64,000 nucleotides of DNA, from positions 16,537-80,536 of the IMG/VR virus record IMGVR_UViG_3300011335_000457, one strand, 5' to 3'. A program made the position numbers and the translations under genes. The DNA comes from a virus (taxonomy: Duplodnaviria > Caudoviricetes). Under the pieces are notes generated by a model. The model was not told the DNA's origin. It made no database searches and was given only the letters and a program-made list of their open reading frames with translations. Numbering within the stretch: the stretch's first letter is position 1; every line of letters starts with the position of its first letter. Below, piece after piece: positions 43,901 through 53,773 of the stretch.

Positions 43901-46427
43901 AACAGATAGAGCTGATACACCAACCACTGAAGGTCCTAAATTACTTATCAATGGTATAGTAGGTGAAGATCAATCCCTTGGTAGTCTTGGTATGTTTGAT
44001 GATTACTTTGAGGCTTTATCAACTACTAACAATCAGATTGGACCTAGAATAAATGAAAAGAAAAAAAGCTATGAGTTTGATACTAATATAGCAAGTCATT
44101 ATTCTGCACTTAAAGTTGATATAGATGATCAGTACGGTCAGCTAAGAAGTATAATACAACAAACTGTTACACAGTGTGAACAAAAGTTTGTATACAATAA
44201 TTTAGCATCAACAACTTATACTATTCAGGTTTCTGCCCCTGGTGTATTACCTGTTGTATATAAATCTATAACACAAACTTTAGTTGGTCAGTCTCCAGTA
44301 ATTTTTGGTGGTGATACATACATCACAAGATTTACTGAGAAGAACCCAATGTTCTTTTTTTACAACTGGTTATATACAGAACCAAATGGATATGAGTATA
44401 ATTACTTTAATAGCCAAATGATTCCAGAACCAAGATATTGGGCTAATAGTGAAAAGTATGATGTAACACAATTACAAGTAACAAGTTTAGCAGCATGGGC
44501 AGCACTATTTCAAAATCAAACTACAGGTACTGGCTTTTTTCCAAATGACTATTTTAACTTAGATAATGAAAACTATGATAGGCCTACTGATTCAGCAGCA
44601 CCCTATCCTGGATTTCTTTTTGCTAAAAATTCATATTTTTATTTATCTGCTTCTGGTGTAAGAGACTTCTTTGTTGAGTCAGAAGTAATAACTGATTTCA
44701 GAGGTCTTGGTTCATTTGATTATGAGAAATGTTATAACCCATACAGATATACAGATTTAGAAACCTTATTCAGAATGGATCAGTTGACAGCAACTGAGGG
44801 TAACTTTTATATTTATGATTATTCATTAAGTATAACTAGACTAACAAACAGATCTACTTCATTTGGATTCTTACAAAGTGTTTACTATAATCCTGATGTA
44901 GCTGATTTATGTTATACCTATTATCCAAATACACTTACTTATTCATTACCTGTTGGGCAAACATCATCAAGTGATGGATGGTTTATATACTTACCTCTTA
45001 ACAGAAAAGACTTTGTAAGTCAAATAAGTGGAGTTAAGAACTTTGCTAAGACAGGTGCTTTTGTAACATTCAAGAATGATAGTCCAATTGTATTCCAGGG
45101 TGTGGACACACTTGAGATGGATGGTTCAGGTACTAAAGTAATTATAGGTGACGCAGGTGTGTTTTCTAAAGAACCACAGAATATTGTTGTTGCAGATAAT
45201 CCATACATGTATGGTTCATCACAAGGTAGGTTATCAGTAATATCTACTCCAGCTGGTCTATACTATATTTCTCAAGATCAAGGTAAAATATTTACCTATG
45301 GTGAAGGATTAGTAGAAGTATCACAAGCAGGTATGAAATGGTGGTTTGATTATTTCTTACCAAGTAAATTACTTGAAGATTTTCCTGATTACCCATATCA
45401 AGATAATCCAGTAGCAGGTATTGGTACACAAGCTGTATATGATAACTATAACTCAGTTCTTTACTTCTGTAAGAAAGACTGGAAACTAAAAGAATTTGAT
45501 TCTGCAGGTAATCCACTGGCAGGAACTGTTGTTTATGTAAATACAGGTAAGGAGAGTTATTTTAATTATTTTCCTTTTGAAGAGGGTAAGCCATCAGGTA
45601 CTCCAGTAAAACTAGCATTAGGTGATCCATTAATATTTGAAGATGCATCATTTACTGTAAGCTATGACCCTAAGAGTAAATTCTGGATTAGTTTCCATGA
45701 CTGGCATCCTGACTTAGTATTACCAACTAAAGATAGTTTTGTTACAACAAAAATGAATGGCTTATATAAGCATGGTATAAACTGTAATGACTATTGTAAT
45801 TTTTATGGTGTTCAGTATCCATTTGAAATTGAATTTCCTGTTACTACTGGTCAAACAGTTACTACTTTAAAAAGTGTTGAGTATGTACTTGAATGCTATA
45901 AAAGAGAAAAAAGATTTTGTGCTGATCAGTTCCATGTACTTGACTATAACTTTGACAGACTAGTTATACATAACACAGAACAAATTTCTGGATACTTAAA
46001 CTTAAACATATTCCCTAAGAATAACATAGCTTTATCTTTAGACTATCCTAAGCTTAATCCAAATAATAATTCATTTGATATTTTATTCTCAAAAGAAGAA
46101 AACAAGTATAGAATAAATCAGTTCTGGGATATAACTAGAAACCGTGGAGAATTTCCTGTAGGTTCAGGTTATCCACCACAAGGACCACTTATTCCAGGCA
46201 CTACAGAGTTATTAGGTAATTATACTGAAGAATTGCTATGGGCTACAGAAGCTAATGGTTATATAAAAGCTATTAGACCACAAGCTGTTAATTATGCTAA
46301 AGATAGTCTGCAAAGAAAAAAATTCAGACATATGGTTAACTACTTGTATCTTAGCAAAGCAGATTCAAGAGATGTGAATATGATACTTAAAATATTTAAT
46401 AGTAAGAACCAATATTCTTTAAGATAA
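40944..46427 (+). CDS. Tail stabilisation/muzzle protein
   Basis: 1827 aa; N-terminal FIKGLHKD...ARNAVN, propeller-like DNYNSVLYF and WISFHDW blocks. Confidence 0.75.
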   Translation: MAAEKGSLNSNNTNTFIKGLHKDSDPAFIQEGMWTYARNAVNNTIEGDVGTLSNEVSNALCSSAGSTISFPYKYIIGMIHMYSDKWIVFTASHSTAVDITSRMSEIGLFEEASCTYRPIVQDKCLGFRKTNLITGSSREKEDCSWQVYWADGLNPDRYLNVGDPKTWPDSSYSWLGGGASSINFYSNGIAPNILWPGVQWEQKCTPISSNTPCETCVDVNVLNCNRIRLARLMDTPCLNLRVGEGAGALQNGSYYATIAYTIKGEKISDYFAASNVQPVYTLDSAQGSLTLEIEADTENFDEFQLVLVGNINENTIARIIGYYSTDTIRVSIDQFKQSQEGVDITLLPLMTPIFEKSDQMVQLNSYLLRVGPTTKFDFNYQPLANLIKTEWVSVEYPADYYFKGGSRTNYMRDENYPFFIRWVYDTGDKSASYHIPGRAPKQWGPNGIYENQTFSNGDSFPGDTKLFQTINTARQGSVVPYTLPDGGVVIASGEMGYWESTEIYPNNRPDLWNSSYYTWSQIEGLPPYVNTNISDYDLCGKNIRHHKFPENVIYNENTGQLSSSTNAHHFRKDPVTGALFIRVMAVRFDNIIFPKDNEGNDLPGIVGYEVLRGSRDGNKTIIAKGMLNNFRTYNRVGVPANTRKGMYANYPYNTIIPVGNTTSGHNQYYNDPFIKSVDNQDNVLNQEVPYNIISFHSPDTSFRNPYLATPELKLYGHLAGTATQRFIEPQGHPKFKLMTNDALWMIIISGIADALLRSLGKKQINYPQGGFTGQFDSLWAVTGGVGANFLPPNLPIWPTGAALPNNTGPQIAAAAANITFTTNFGVYNNLGGILADLFAGTDLLQTPFNVHNNQMLAAGGNYNPITYTSDPSGYALLPQWAQVLAGTVGGVSQIAFFFLDGASSTADLMYAFAPYRQYALQLIGHGLYDKFVPFNVNDTKRFKIQESFYMSTNVSQEINDYLNTNTNTIDSFTINNYKRPKLVVLRTDRADTPTTEGPKLLINGIVGEDQSLGSLGMFDDYFEALSTTNNQIGPRINEKKKSYEFDTNIASHYSALKVDIDDQYGQLRSIIQQTVTQCEQKFVYNNLASTTYTIQVSAPGVLPVVYKSITQTLVGQSPVIFGGDTYITRFTEKNPMFFFYNWLYTEPNGYEYNYFNSQMIPEPRYWANSEKYDVTQLQVTSLAAWAALFQNQTTGTGFFPNDYFNLDNENYDRPTDSAAPYPGFLFAKNSYFYLSASGVRDFFVESEVITDFRGLGSFDYEKCYNPYRYTDLETLFRMDQLTATEGNFYIYDYSLSITRLTNRSTSFGFLQSVYYNPDVADLCYTYYPNTLTYSLPVGQTSSSDGWFIYLPLNRKDFVSQISGVKNFAKTGAFVTFKNDSPIVFQGVDTLEMDGSGTKVIIGDAGVFSKEPQNIVVADNPYMYGSSQGRLSVISTPAGLYYISQDQGKIFTYGEGLVEVSQAGMKWWFDYFLPSKLLEDFPDYPYQDNPVAGIGTQAVYDNYNSVLYFCKKDWKLKEFDSAGNPLAGTVVYVNTGKESYFNYFPFEEGKPSGTPVKLALGDPLIFEDASFTVSYDPKSKFWISFHDWHPDLVLPTKDSFVTTKMNGLYKHGINCNDYCNFYGVQYPFEIEFPVTTGQTVTTLKSVEYVLECYKREKRFCADQFHVLDYNFDRLVIHNTEQISGYLNLNIFPKNNIALSLDYPKLNPNNNSFDILFSKEENKYRINQFWDITRNRGEFPVGSGYPPQGPLIPGTTELLGNYTEELLWATEANGYIKAIRPQAVNYAKDSLQRKKFRHMVNYLYLSKADSRDVNMILKIFNSKNQYSLR

Positions 46428-47350
46428 TGGCTGAATATAAAAAAGGTGGTTTAACTGGTAACAGCAATCTTTATGCTACTAATAGACTGTTTGTAAAAAA
46501 TCCACTATTCAAAAAAAGAAAAAAGAAAGCACCTGGGGTTTATGATCCTACTGCTAAGTTTAGATATAAAGAAGGTGGAGTTTCCAAAGATCCTTCTATT
46601 GCTACATTAAACCAAATGGCTAAAGGTGGTGATCCAGGTGATCCATTTTTAAAAAAGTTAATGTCTCAAATAAAAAAAGGTAATGAGAGTAAAAAACCTG
46701 TACCATCATTAACTAGAAAAGAACCTAAACAACCAACATCTAATTCTTTTAGTAATAAATCTTTATTAAATAAAGAGATCCAAAAACAAAGAAATAGAAA
46801 TAAAGCTTTAAAACAAACACTCCCTGAAATAGAAATTATTGGTAAAAGATCTAAAAATAATCTTGAAAACAAAGTACCAAAAAAACTCATTACTCCAAGT
46901 AATGCTAAATACATAAATCAGGATTGGAAAAAAGAAGCAATGGTGCCTGATTCTTTTACAGAAAATATTGGTGAATTTATTGATCCAACTGGACATACTT
47001 CTTGGGATGATGCATATAGAGCTTATACAGGATGGGATGAAAGTGGTAAAAAATTACCAAGTTTAAGTCAGGCAGCTGATATGTTTGGTGCTGTACCTGT
47101 TTTAGGAAAGCTTGGAAAACTAAAGTACTTAGTTGAAGGAGAGGGTTTAACCAAATCAGCTTATCATTACTTACCTTGGCAGCAAATAGTTAATACTTTT
47201 GATACTGTAGATGATGTTGAGACTGATAATGTTAATGAAAAAAAGAATGGCGGAGCAATTCAAGATTTATCTAAAGAAGAAATACAATGGTATATAGATA
47301 ATGGTTACATTGTAGAACCAGTAACTAAACTTAAAAAGTTTATTGATTAA
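46427..47350 (+). CDS. Putative internal cargo protein
   Basis: Four xxGG motifs, low-complexity composition. Confidence 0.55.
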   Translation: MAEYKKGGLTGNSNLYATNRLFVKNPLFKKRKKKAPGVYDPTAKFRYKEGGVSKDPSIATLNQMAKGGDPGDPFLKKLMSQIKKGNESKKPVPSLTRKEPKQPTSNSFSNKSLLNKEIQKQRNRNKALKQTLPEIEIIGKRSKNNLENKVPKKLITPSNAKYINQDWKKEAMVPDSFTENIGEFIDPTGHTSWDDAYRAYTGWDESGKKLPSLSQAADMFGAVPVLGKLGKLKYLVEGEGLTKSAYHYLPWQQIVNTFDTVDDVETDNVNEKKNGGAIQDLSKEEIQWYIDNGYIVEPVTKLKKFID

Positions 47351-47385
47351 TTTAAAATTTAGTATATTTAATTATAAGAAATACT

Positions 47386-50300
47386 ATGAAAGTAAGAATA
47401 TATAAAGCCCCTAATGGTAAGGGTATGTTTAAATCATCAATGCCTAAAGCAAGAGAAGGTGCTGCTGTAGACATGGACATGGATAGTTACATTGATCAAC
47501 AACTTGAAGAAGGTTTAGATCCAGAAGTAATTATAATGGGTTTAAATGAAAGCTATGGTAAATCTAGAGGTGAAGTAAAAGACTTAGTTTATGAAAAGTT
47601 TTTTAATAATGACTTTGCTTATCAAGATGATGATGAAGAAGAAGTAGCTGCTCCATATGATACCCCTGTAGAAGATACAGAAGTACAACCTGAAGAGGAA
47701 GAACAAGATAATGCTGCTGCTTATGGGTACAATGATGATAATATACAAGCTAGAGATTTAGTTCAAGAAGGTGTAGATGATAATGAAGAAGATGAAGGTA
47801 TGGCAAGATATGGTGGACAGTATGCTGATGGCGGGCAATTTGCTCCAGGTAGTATTATACCGCAGCCAAAGAAACCATATTATATTGGAATGGATGCAGA
47901 ACCTTTTGATAATGCATACAAACAGGGTGGTATGACTAAAGGTCAGTATGTAAAACAAAGAATTAAAGAACTTAGAAAAGCTGCACAAGGTGAAGAGGTT
48001 AAAAACAATGAGACTAACATTTCACCTAGAGGGACAATAGATAGTCCTTCAGGCTTTACAACACCTGAAAAAAATATAGCTTCCATAATTAAACAAACTG
48101 GAAATGAAGCTAAGTTAAAGGAAACAGCAGAAAATGAATATCAACAATATCAAGAATCTACAATGGGTGATAATTTCAATGGTAAATTTCTATTTGGTGG
48201 AAGAAATAGAAAAATAAAAAGAGCTAACAAAGCTATGTTTGGAACTCCAATGGCAATACCAGGAGTTGATGTAAATTATGAGTTTGGTCCACTAGGTGGA
48301 TTAAGAAAAGCTACTGCTGATTGGGACTTAGATGCCATTGGTGGACTAGCTAAATTCCTACCAGGAATGGCCGGAATGATGCCTGGAATGGGTGGTAACT
48401 ATAAAGCTACTTCTTACCCAGCACAAGTTAGAAAGAAAACAGTTAGCACTATTAATAATGCTGCACTAGATGATGTTGCAAAACAAAATCCTAATTCTAC
48501 TGCTGCACAAAACAATAGATCTGATAAAAAGAATGAGATTAGTTGTCCTCCAGGATCTGTATATGATCCAAGTTTAGGACACTGTGTTGACCAAGAAGGT
48601 AACATGGTAAGATCAATTGTTGATTTACCAGATCCAGAAGAGTTATTGGGTAATCCTTTTGAGAATCCAAATGCTAGAATGCTAAATGGTAAAAAAACTA
48701 TGAAAGCTACAGGACCTTCATCCAGTGTTAGTTCTACCGCAGCTTCTCAATCTACACAAGTTCCTGCTGCAGGAGGTGCTCCTTTACAAAGCCAACAAGG
48801 TATTGACTATGAAGCTTGGAAATATTCAGGTGCCCAAAATCCATTTACTACCAGAATAGAAAGAGAATGGGGTGAAGATTTTGGTAAAAATATTAAACAG
48901 TCTGGTGCTAAAGATAATCCTAATACAAGTTCTAATGAAAGTCAAGTGTGGAGTTCACCTGTAGATCAAGATAAATATAATGAGCTTATGCATTTATATA
49001 GTACTATTGGTCCAGAAGCTTTAACACCTGAACAATTAAATTTAATTGAACAAGATAGTTATATAACTACAGATAATCAAGGAAATGAATATAGTTCAAA
49101 TAATGAGTACATCCCTAATCCAGATTTTGATGCAAAGATGAACTTAATGAATACAATGAATGAAGTGTATGGTAAATCAGATTGGGATTATCTTAAAAAA
49201 AATAAAAAGTTATTTCAAAAAGAACATGGTGGTTTTGTAGATGCCGCTAACATGGATCCAAATATGCTTGCTAAGTTTATCTATGGTGGTAATGATTATG
49301 AATATGGTGGAGATGTTTTACCTCAAGCTTATGATGGGTTTGCTGGTAACTTTCAAAAACAAATGTTAGATACTAAGAATAGAATAAATCAAATGGGTAG
49401 AAAAAATCCTGCTGATTTTAATGTATTCAAAGGAAATGCATTTGGTAAAGCTACAACTGGTGTACAACCTTCTGGAACTGTAGGTAATAGATTCCAACCA
49501 ACTAGTCAACCTAATCCTGCTGCAAGTACTACTCAAAACCAACAAGGAGCAGGTGCACCTAAACAAACAACTACAACTACTACAGGTCAACCACAGATGG
49601 ATGCAAATACAATGGCTCAGTTTCAGAAGTATATGCAAATGATGCAGGGTCAACAAGGAGCTGGTCAAGGTCAATTCTGGTCAGGTAAACCACAAAGATT
49701 AGGTTTTGGTCTTACTAGAGATTTTAACTATGGATCATCTTACTCTCCTGTTAACTGGAAAGTACCTGAAGGAACTAAACATCTTAGACAAGAAAGTTAT
49801 AAAGATAGAGGTAAATGGTATAATCCATTTGATACTAAAAGAATTACTGATTACTATGCAGATCCTGAAGAAAAAGCTAAAGCAGAAGCTGAAGCTGGTA
49901 GTGATGATTTAATAAACAAACAAGGTTCTGGTAAAAATATTAAAACAGGAACATCCTTTAATCCAAGTGAATCTGAAACTGCAAAAGAAAGATTGCAAAA
50001 TAAAAGGTATGATAAGTTTATGGCTGAAGGATGGAAAATGGGAGATGATGAAACTCAAGAGCCACCAACTAGCATGAAGACTTTATCTACTGCACCTAAT
50101 TTGCCAGATCAACTGGAATCAGGAGCACCAGGTAGAATGCAACCTTTACCAGCATCACAAATACCTTTACAAGGAACACAAAATACTGAGCTTGACTTGC
50201 CAGAAAATCAAGGTGAAACTGAATTGCAAAATAATCCTTTTCAAGGAAATGCCTTTGAAGGTAATCAATTTGGTACTGCAGCTGGGGTAACTCCATCTGA

Positions 50301-51057
50301 AAACATGAGATTCACTCAAGGTCCAAATAACTTTAGTCCTTCTGCTGATACTTCAAATAAACTTGCTGGAAATGCTTTTGGAACTTCAAGTACTGGGATT
50401 ACTGGAAATGCTAACATGAGTAGACCAGCAAATACTCAAGAACCAATAGATGAAAGCGGTGTTCCATATAATACAGCAGGACCTCTTAATGAAGATATGA
50501 ATCAAGGTATGGCATACGGTGGCTATATGGCAGACGGTGGTTACATACCTGAGTATATGGCTTATGGTGGTTATATGCCACATGCTAAAGCTGGTATTAC
50601 TGTAGAGAATCCTGAGTTTAGTGATCCTAACTTTATTGGTAGAGAAATTGAAAATTCTGCTTATACATTCCATGGTCCTGAATTTGATGCAAATTTACGT
50701 TTAGGTAAAAAGGTAGCTACCAATGTTGGAAATGCATGGAATGAAGCAATACAAAGTAATGTTATGGCCAAACAAAACCGTTCATCTGATGCTGCTAAAG
50801 CTGACACAGGTCAATCAGGTTTTGGTAGTGCTGAAGTAACAGGTACAGATGCTGATGCAGGACAAATGGGATCTAAAGGTCACTATGATCAGTATGGTGT
50901 AAATGTAGGAAGCACAGGTTATAGTGGTAATAATCTTATTACTAAAAAAGGTGGAAGCATTAATTCACAATATTCTAAAGGTAAAGTATACAGTTTAACT
51001 AGCCAACAGATAAAAGCTATTGAAGCTGCTGGAGGTAAAGTAGAATATATAAAATAA
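47386..51057 (+). CDS. Low-complexity cargo/ejection protein
   Basis: 1223 aa, Q/N/G/acidic, many xxGG motifs. Confidence 0.6.
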   Translation: MKVRIYKAPNGKGMFKSSMPKAREGAAVDMDMDSYIDQQLEEGLDPEVIIMGLNESYGKSRGEVKDLVYEKFFNNDFAYQDDDEEEVAAPYDTPVEDTEVQPEEEEQDNAAAYGYNDDNIQARDLVQEGVDDNEEDEGMARYGGQYADGGQFAPGSIIPQPKKPYYIGMDAEPFDNAYKQGGMTKGQYVKQRIKELRKAAQGEEVKNNETNISPRGTIDSPSGFTTPEKNIASIIKQTGNEAKLKETAENEYQQYQESTMGDNFNGKFLFGGRNRKIKRANKAMFGTPMAIPGVDVNYEFGPLGGLRKATADWDLDAIGGLAKFLPGMAGMMPGMGGNYKATSYPAQVRKKTVSTINNAALDDVAKQNPNSTAAQNNRSDKKNEISCPPGSVYDPSLGHCVDQEGNMVRSIVDLPDPEELLGNPFENPNARMLNGKKTMKATGPSSSVSSTAASQSTQVPAAGGAPLQSQQGIDYEAWKYSGAQNPFTTRIEREWGEDFGKNIKQSGAKDNPNTSSNESQVWSSPVDQDKYNELMHLYSTIGPEALTPEQLNLIEQDSYITTDNQGNEYSSNNEYIPNPDFDAKMNLMNTMNEVYGKSDWDYLKKNKKLFQKEHGGFVDAANMDPNMLAKFIYGGNDYEYGGDVLPQAYDGFAGNFQKQMLDTKNRINQMGRKNPADFNVFKGNAFGKATTGVQPSGTVGNRFQPTSQPNPAASTTQNQQGAGAPKQTTTTTTGQPQMDANTMAQFQKYMQMMQGQQGAGQGQFWSGKPQRLGFGLTRDFNYGSSYSPVNWKVPEGTKHLRQESYKDRGKWYNPFDTKRITDYYADPEEKAKAEAEAGSDDLINKQGSGKNIKTGTSFNPSESETAKERLQNKRYDKFMAEGWKMGDDETQEPPTSMKTLSTAPNLPDQLESGAPGRMQPLPASQIPLQGTQNTELDLPENQGETELQNNPFQGNAFEGNQFGTAAGVTPSENMRFTQGPNNFSPSADTSNKLAGNAFGTSSTGITGNANMSRPANTQEPIDESGVPYNTAGPLNEDMNQGMAYGGYMADGGYIPEYMAYGGYMPHAKAGITVENPEFSDPNFIGREIENSAYTFHGPEFDANLRLGKKVATNVGNAWNEAIQSNVMAKQNRSSDAAKADTGQSGFGSAEVTGTDADAGQMGSKGHYDQYGVNVGSTGYSGNNLITKKGGSINSQYSKGKVYSLTSQQIKAIEAAGGKVEYIK

Positions 51058-51062
51058 TCAAC

Positions 51063-53711
51063 ATGAGATATAAAGTTAAAATAACAGAAGCTCCTGAAAT
51101 ATTTAAAGTAAGAGTTACACAACCTCCTAAAGCAAAAACAGGTTATCAAGTTGAAGGATCATTAGCAAATGATCTTTCAGCATTTGGTGGAGGTAACTTA
51201 AAACTTACAGAACCTAAAGCTGTATCTAGAACTACTATAACTAAAGTACCAAGAGAAGAAGCTAATCTAGAAGCTGAAGGTGGAGAGACTGTATTAACAT
51301 TTGATCCTTCTGGTTATCCATTGTTTTATGATATCAAAGGCCCTAGACATAGTTCTAATGGTGTACCATTAAATCTTCCGGATGATAGTTTTATCTTCAG
51401 TGACACTAAGTCTATGATTATAAAAGATCCTACTATACTTAAGATGTTTAATAAAGCACCTAACAAAGGAGGATACACACCGGCTGATTTATCTAAACAG
51501 TTTATATCACTTAACAAGTACAGGATGACAATGCAAAATCCTGATGCTGATAAGATACAAATTAAAACAGCTGAGCTAATGATTAAGAAAGCACTAATTA
51601 AATTAGGAGCTTTAGCATTAGCACAAGAAGCTAAGAAAGGATTCCCTCAAGGTATTCCTGCAGTAGCAAAACAATATATGGAAGCTAATGAACTTAGTGA
51701 ACAAGATATATTACCAGATGCTCCAGAACAAGAATCACCTGCTCAAGCTGGTCAAGCAATTGATATGGGACAAGCAATGGCAGAAGGAGCACCACAACAA
51801 GCTATGGAAGCTAATCAAGAAGCTCCAACAATGCCTGATGGTTCTCCTGTAGCTATGCCAGAAGAAATGCCACAAGAAGGTATGGAACAAGGTATGCCTC
51901 CACAACCAGGTATGAGATTTGGTGGTAGATTATTAAGAAGAGCTCAAGAAGGTTTACAAGCTGCATTAGGAAAAATAACTGAGAGAGTTCAAGCTGCCTT
52001 AGAAGCTGGTCAACAACTAGAAGAGATCTTAGTTGGTTTATTAAAAAATGATGTGACTCCTGAAGACATGATGGGCATTCTTGCCAATCTTGCTATTCCA
52101 GAACCTAAAGCTAAACAATTAATAAATCAAGCTTTAACAGATTATCAAACACAAGCTGCACAACAGCAACAGGCTGCACAGCAACAACAAGGACCTCCAA
52201 TGGGTCAACCAGGAATGCAAGCTCCTCCACAAGGACAACCTTCTCCTGAGCAGATGATGGCTATGGCACAACAAATGCCACAAGAACAAATGCAACAAGC
52301 TCCTATGGCTATGTATGGAATGGAGATGGGTGGTTATGGAATGCCGTTTTATAATGATCCTAATGAGATGGCTTATGGTGGTGTTCCTTTACGGCAAGCT
52401 GGTAATGGGGAAGTTGTTAAAGGTAAAAAAGGAGATGTGTCTGCAAATAAAGCAACTGACAAAAAAACTTTTGAATCCCATAAAGGAACTGCTACTAAAA
52501 CAGCTAGTGGTAAACAAGCTAAGTACTTGTATACACCTGGTGCTGCAAGAACATATAAAGGAGAAGCTATTTATACAGGTCCTGTAAGTTCTAAAGGTTA
52601 TGATAAAGCTGGGGTACAATCATTATGTGATAGGTTAATGAAAGGTGCTACTATTGAACAGTTAGCAGCTGAAAAGAAAGGAACTGTAGAAGGTCTTACT
52701 GCTTTACTTGCTCATTGTATTCCACAAGCTGAGGAAATGTTCAAAGAAAAAGAAGAAGCAATTTATTTAGATGAAGCAGGTACACCAACTACAACTACAA
52801 ATACAACAGCAGAAACAACAGAAGAAGAGTGTGTATGTACTGATCCTATGACTAAGCAAGAAACAGTATTTCCTAAAAATGCTGATGGTACATGTGAACC
52901 ATGTACATCTTATCAGATGGAAGAATCACTACAACCAATGGAAACACTTGGTATGCAATATCTTCCTGAAGATGATTTTACATTAGCTACAGCATTAGCT
53001 GCTAAAACTGCTAATACACAACCTATCAAGGGTAAATCTCCAGGGGTTAGAGAAAATGCATGGGGAACTGATTACATGGCTCAAGCTGAATTAATGAAAG
53101 GTATGACACAAGGTACCATAAATGCAATTCAAAAAACTGCGGCTAATAATCCTGCGGGAGCTATAGCTGCAATGATGGCTGCCGGAAGAGGTGCTCAAGG
53201 TAACATCATAGATCTAGCTTCTCAGACAAATGCTGATAATGCAACAAGAGCTACAGCTTTAAATAAAGCTAATACACAACATCAATGGAATCAGTTACTA
53301 CTTGAGAAAGACAACTCTGATGTTTATAATCAAAGAAAGGCTACAAGAGATAGTAATGTAGCTCAAGACTTTAATAATAAATGGGCTAATGTTGCTGCTA
53401 AAAATGCACAAAGAGAAGGTAATGCAAGAATGGCTGCTGTAGCAAATGAAGCTACTGGTATGAAATGGGATTATAAAACTGGTAGAAGAATAAATACTAA
53501 TAATAAAAAGATAACCCCAGAAGCACCAGCAGCAGACATTAAACAACAGGTTGCTGATTATGCTAAACTAGGTTATGATAAAGGTGAAGCTCTTAAAGCT
53601 ATTGGCTTAGACATGCAAGCTAAGAGATTAAATTCTAGCAAGTTTGGTGGAGCAGCATATAAGAAAGGTGGTTTTGTGTATGCGGATATGATGTATCCAT
53701 TTATACTCTAA
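51063..53711 (+). CDS. Cargo/ejection protein
   Basis: EAEGGE...GPRHSSNGV...FIFSD N-terminal block typical of crAss-like cargo; Q/M/P-rich linker; xxGG motifs. Confidence 0.65.
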   Translation: MRYKVKITEAPEIFKVRVTQPPKAKTGYQVEGSLANDLSAFGGGNLKLTEPKAVSRTTITKVPREEANLEAEGGETVLTFDPSGYPLFYDIKGPRHSSNGVPLNLPDDSFIFSDTKSMIIKDPTILKMFNKAPNKGGYTPADLSKQFISLNKYRMTMQNPDADKIQIKTAELMIKKALIKLGALALAQEAKKGFPQGIPAVAKQYMEANELSEQDILPDAPEQESPAQAGQAIDMGQAMAEGAPQQAMEANQEAPTMPDGSPVAMPEEMPQEGMEQGMPPQPGMRFGGRLLRRAQEGLQAALGKITERVQAALEAGQQLEEILVGLLKNDVTPEDMMGILANLAIPEPKAKQLINQALTDYQTQAAQQQQAAQQQQGPPMGQPGMQAPPQGQPSPEQMMAMAQQMPQEQMQQAPMAMYGMEMGGYGMPFYNDPNEMAYGGVPLRQAGNGEVVKGKKGDVSANKATDKKTFESHKGTATKTASGKQAKYLYTPGAARTYKGEAIYTGPVSSKGYDKAGVQSLCDRLMKGATIEQLAAEKKGTVEGLTALLAHCIPQAEEMFKEKEEAIYLDEAGTPTTTTNTTAETTEEECVCTDPMTKQETVFPKNADGTCEPCTSYQMEESLQPMETLGMQYLPEDDFTLATALAAKTANTQPIKGKSPGVRENAWGTDYMAQAELMKGMTQGTINAIQKTAANNPAGAIAAMMAAGRGAQGNIIDLASQTNADNATRATALNKANTQHQWNQLLLEKDNSDVYNQRKATRDSNVAQDFNNKWANVAAKNAQREGNARMAAVANEATGMKWDYKTGRRINTNNKKITPEAPAADIKQQVADYAKLGYDKGEALKAIGLDMQAKRLNSSKFGGAAYKKGGFVYADMMYPFIL

Positions 53712-53773
53712 ACCTAACAAGTTTAGTAAACTTATAAAATTTTAATAGTTTTACAATATAGAATTATAAACAT

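Larger units (their letters stand above)
9402..47369 (+). promoter_or_regulatory. Recurrent putative late promoter TT(T)(A/T)GTATATT at 9402, 11972, 14211, 23294, 36555, 38632, 47358
   Basis: Each copy is intergenic and lies shortly (under ~45 nt) before the ATG that opens a module. Confidence 0.55.
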
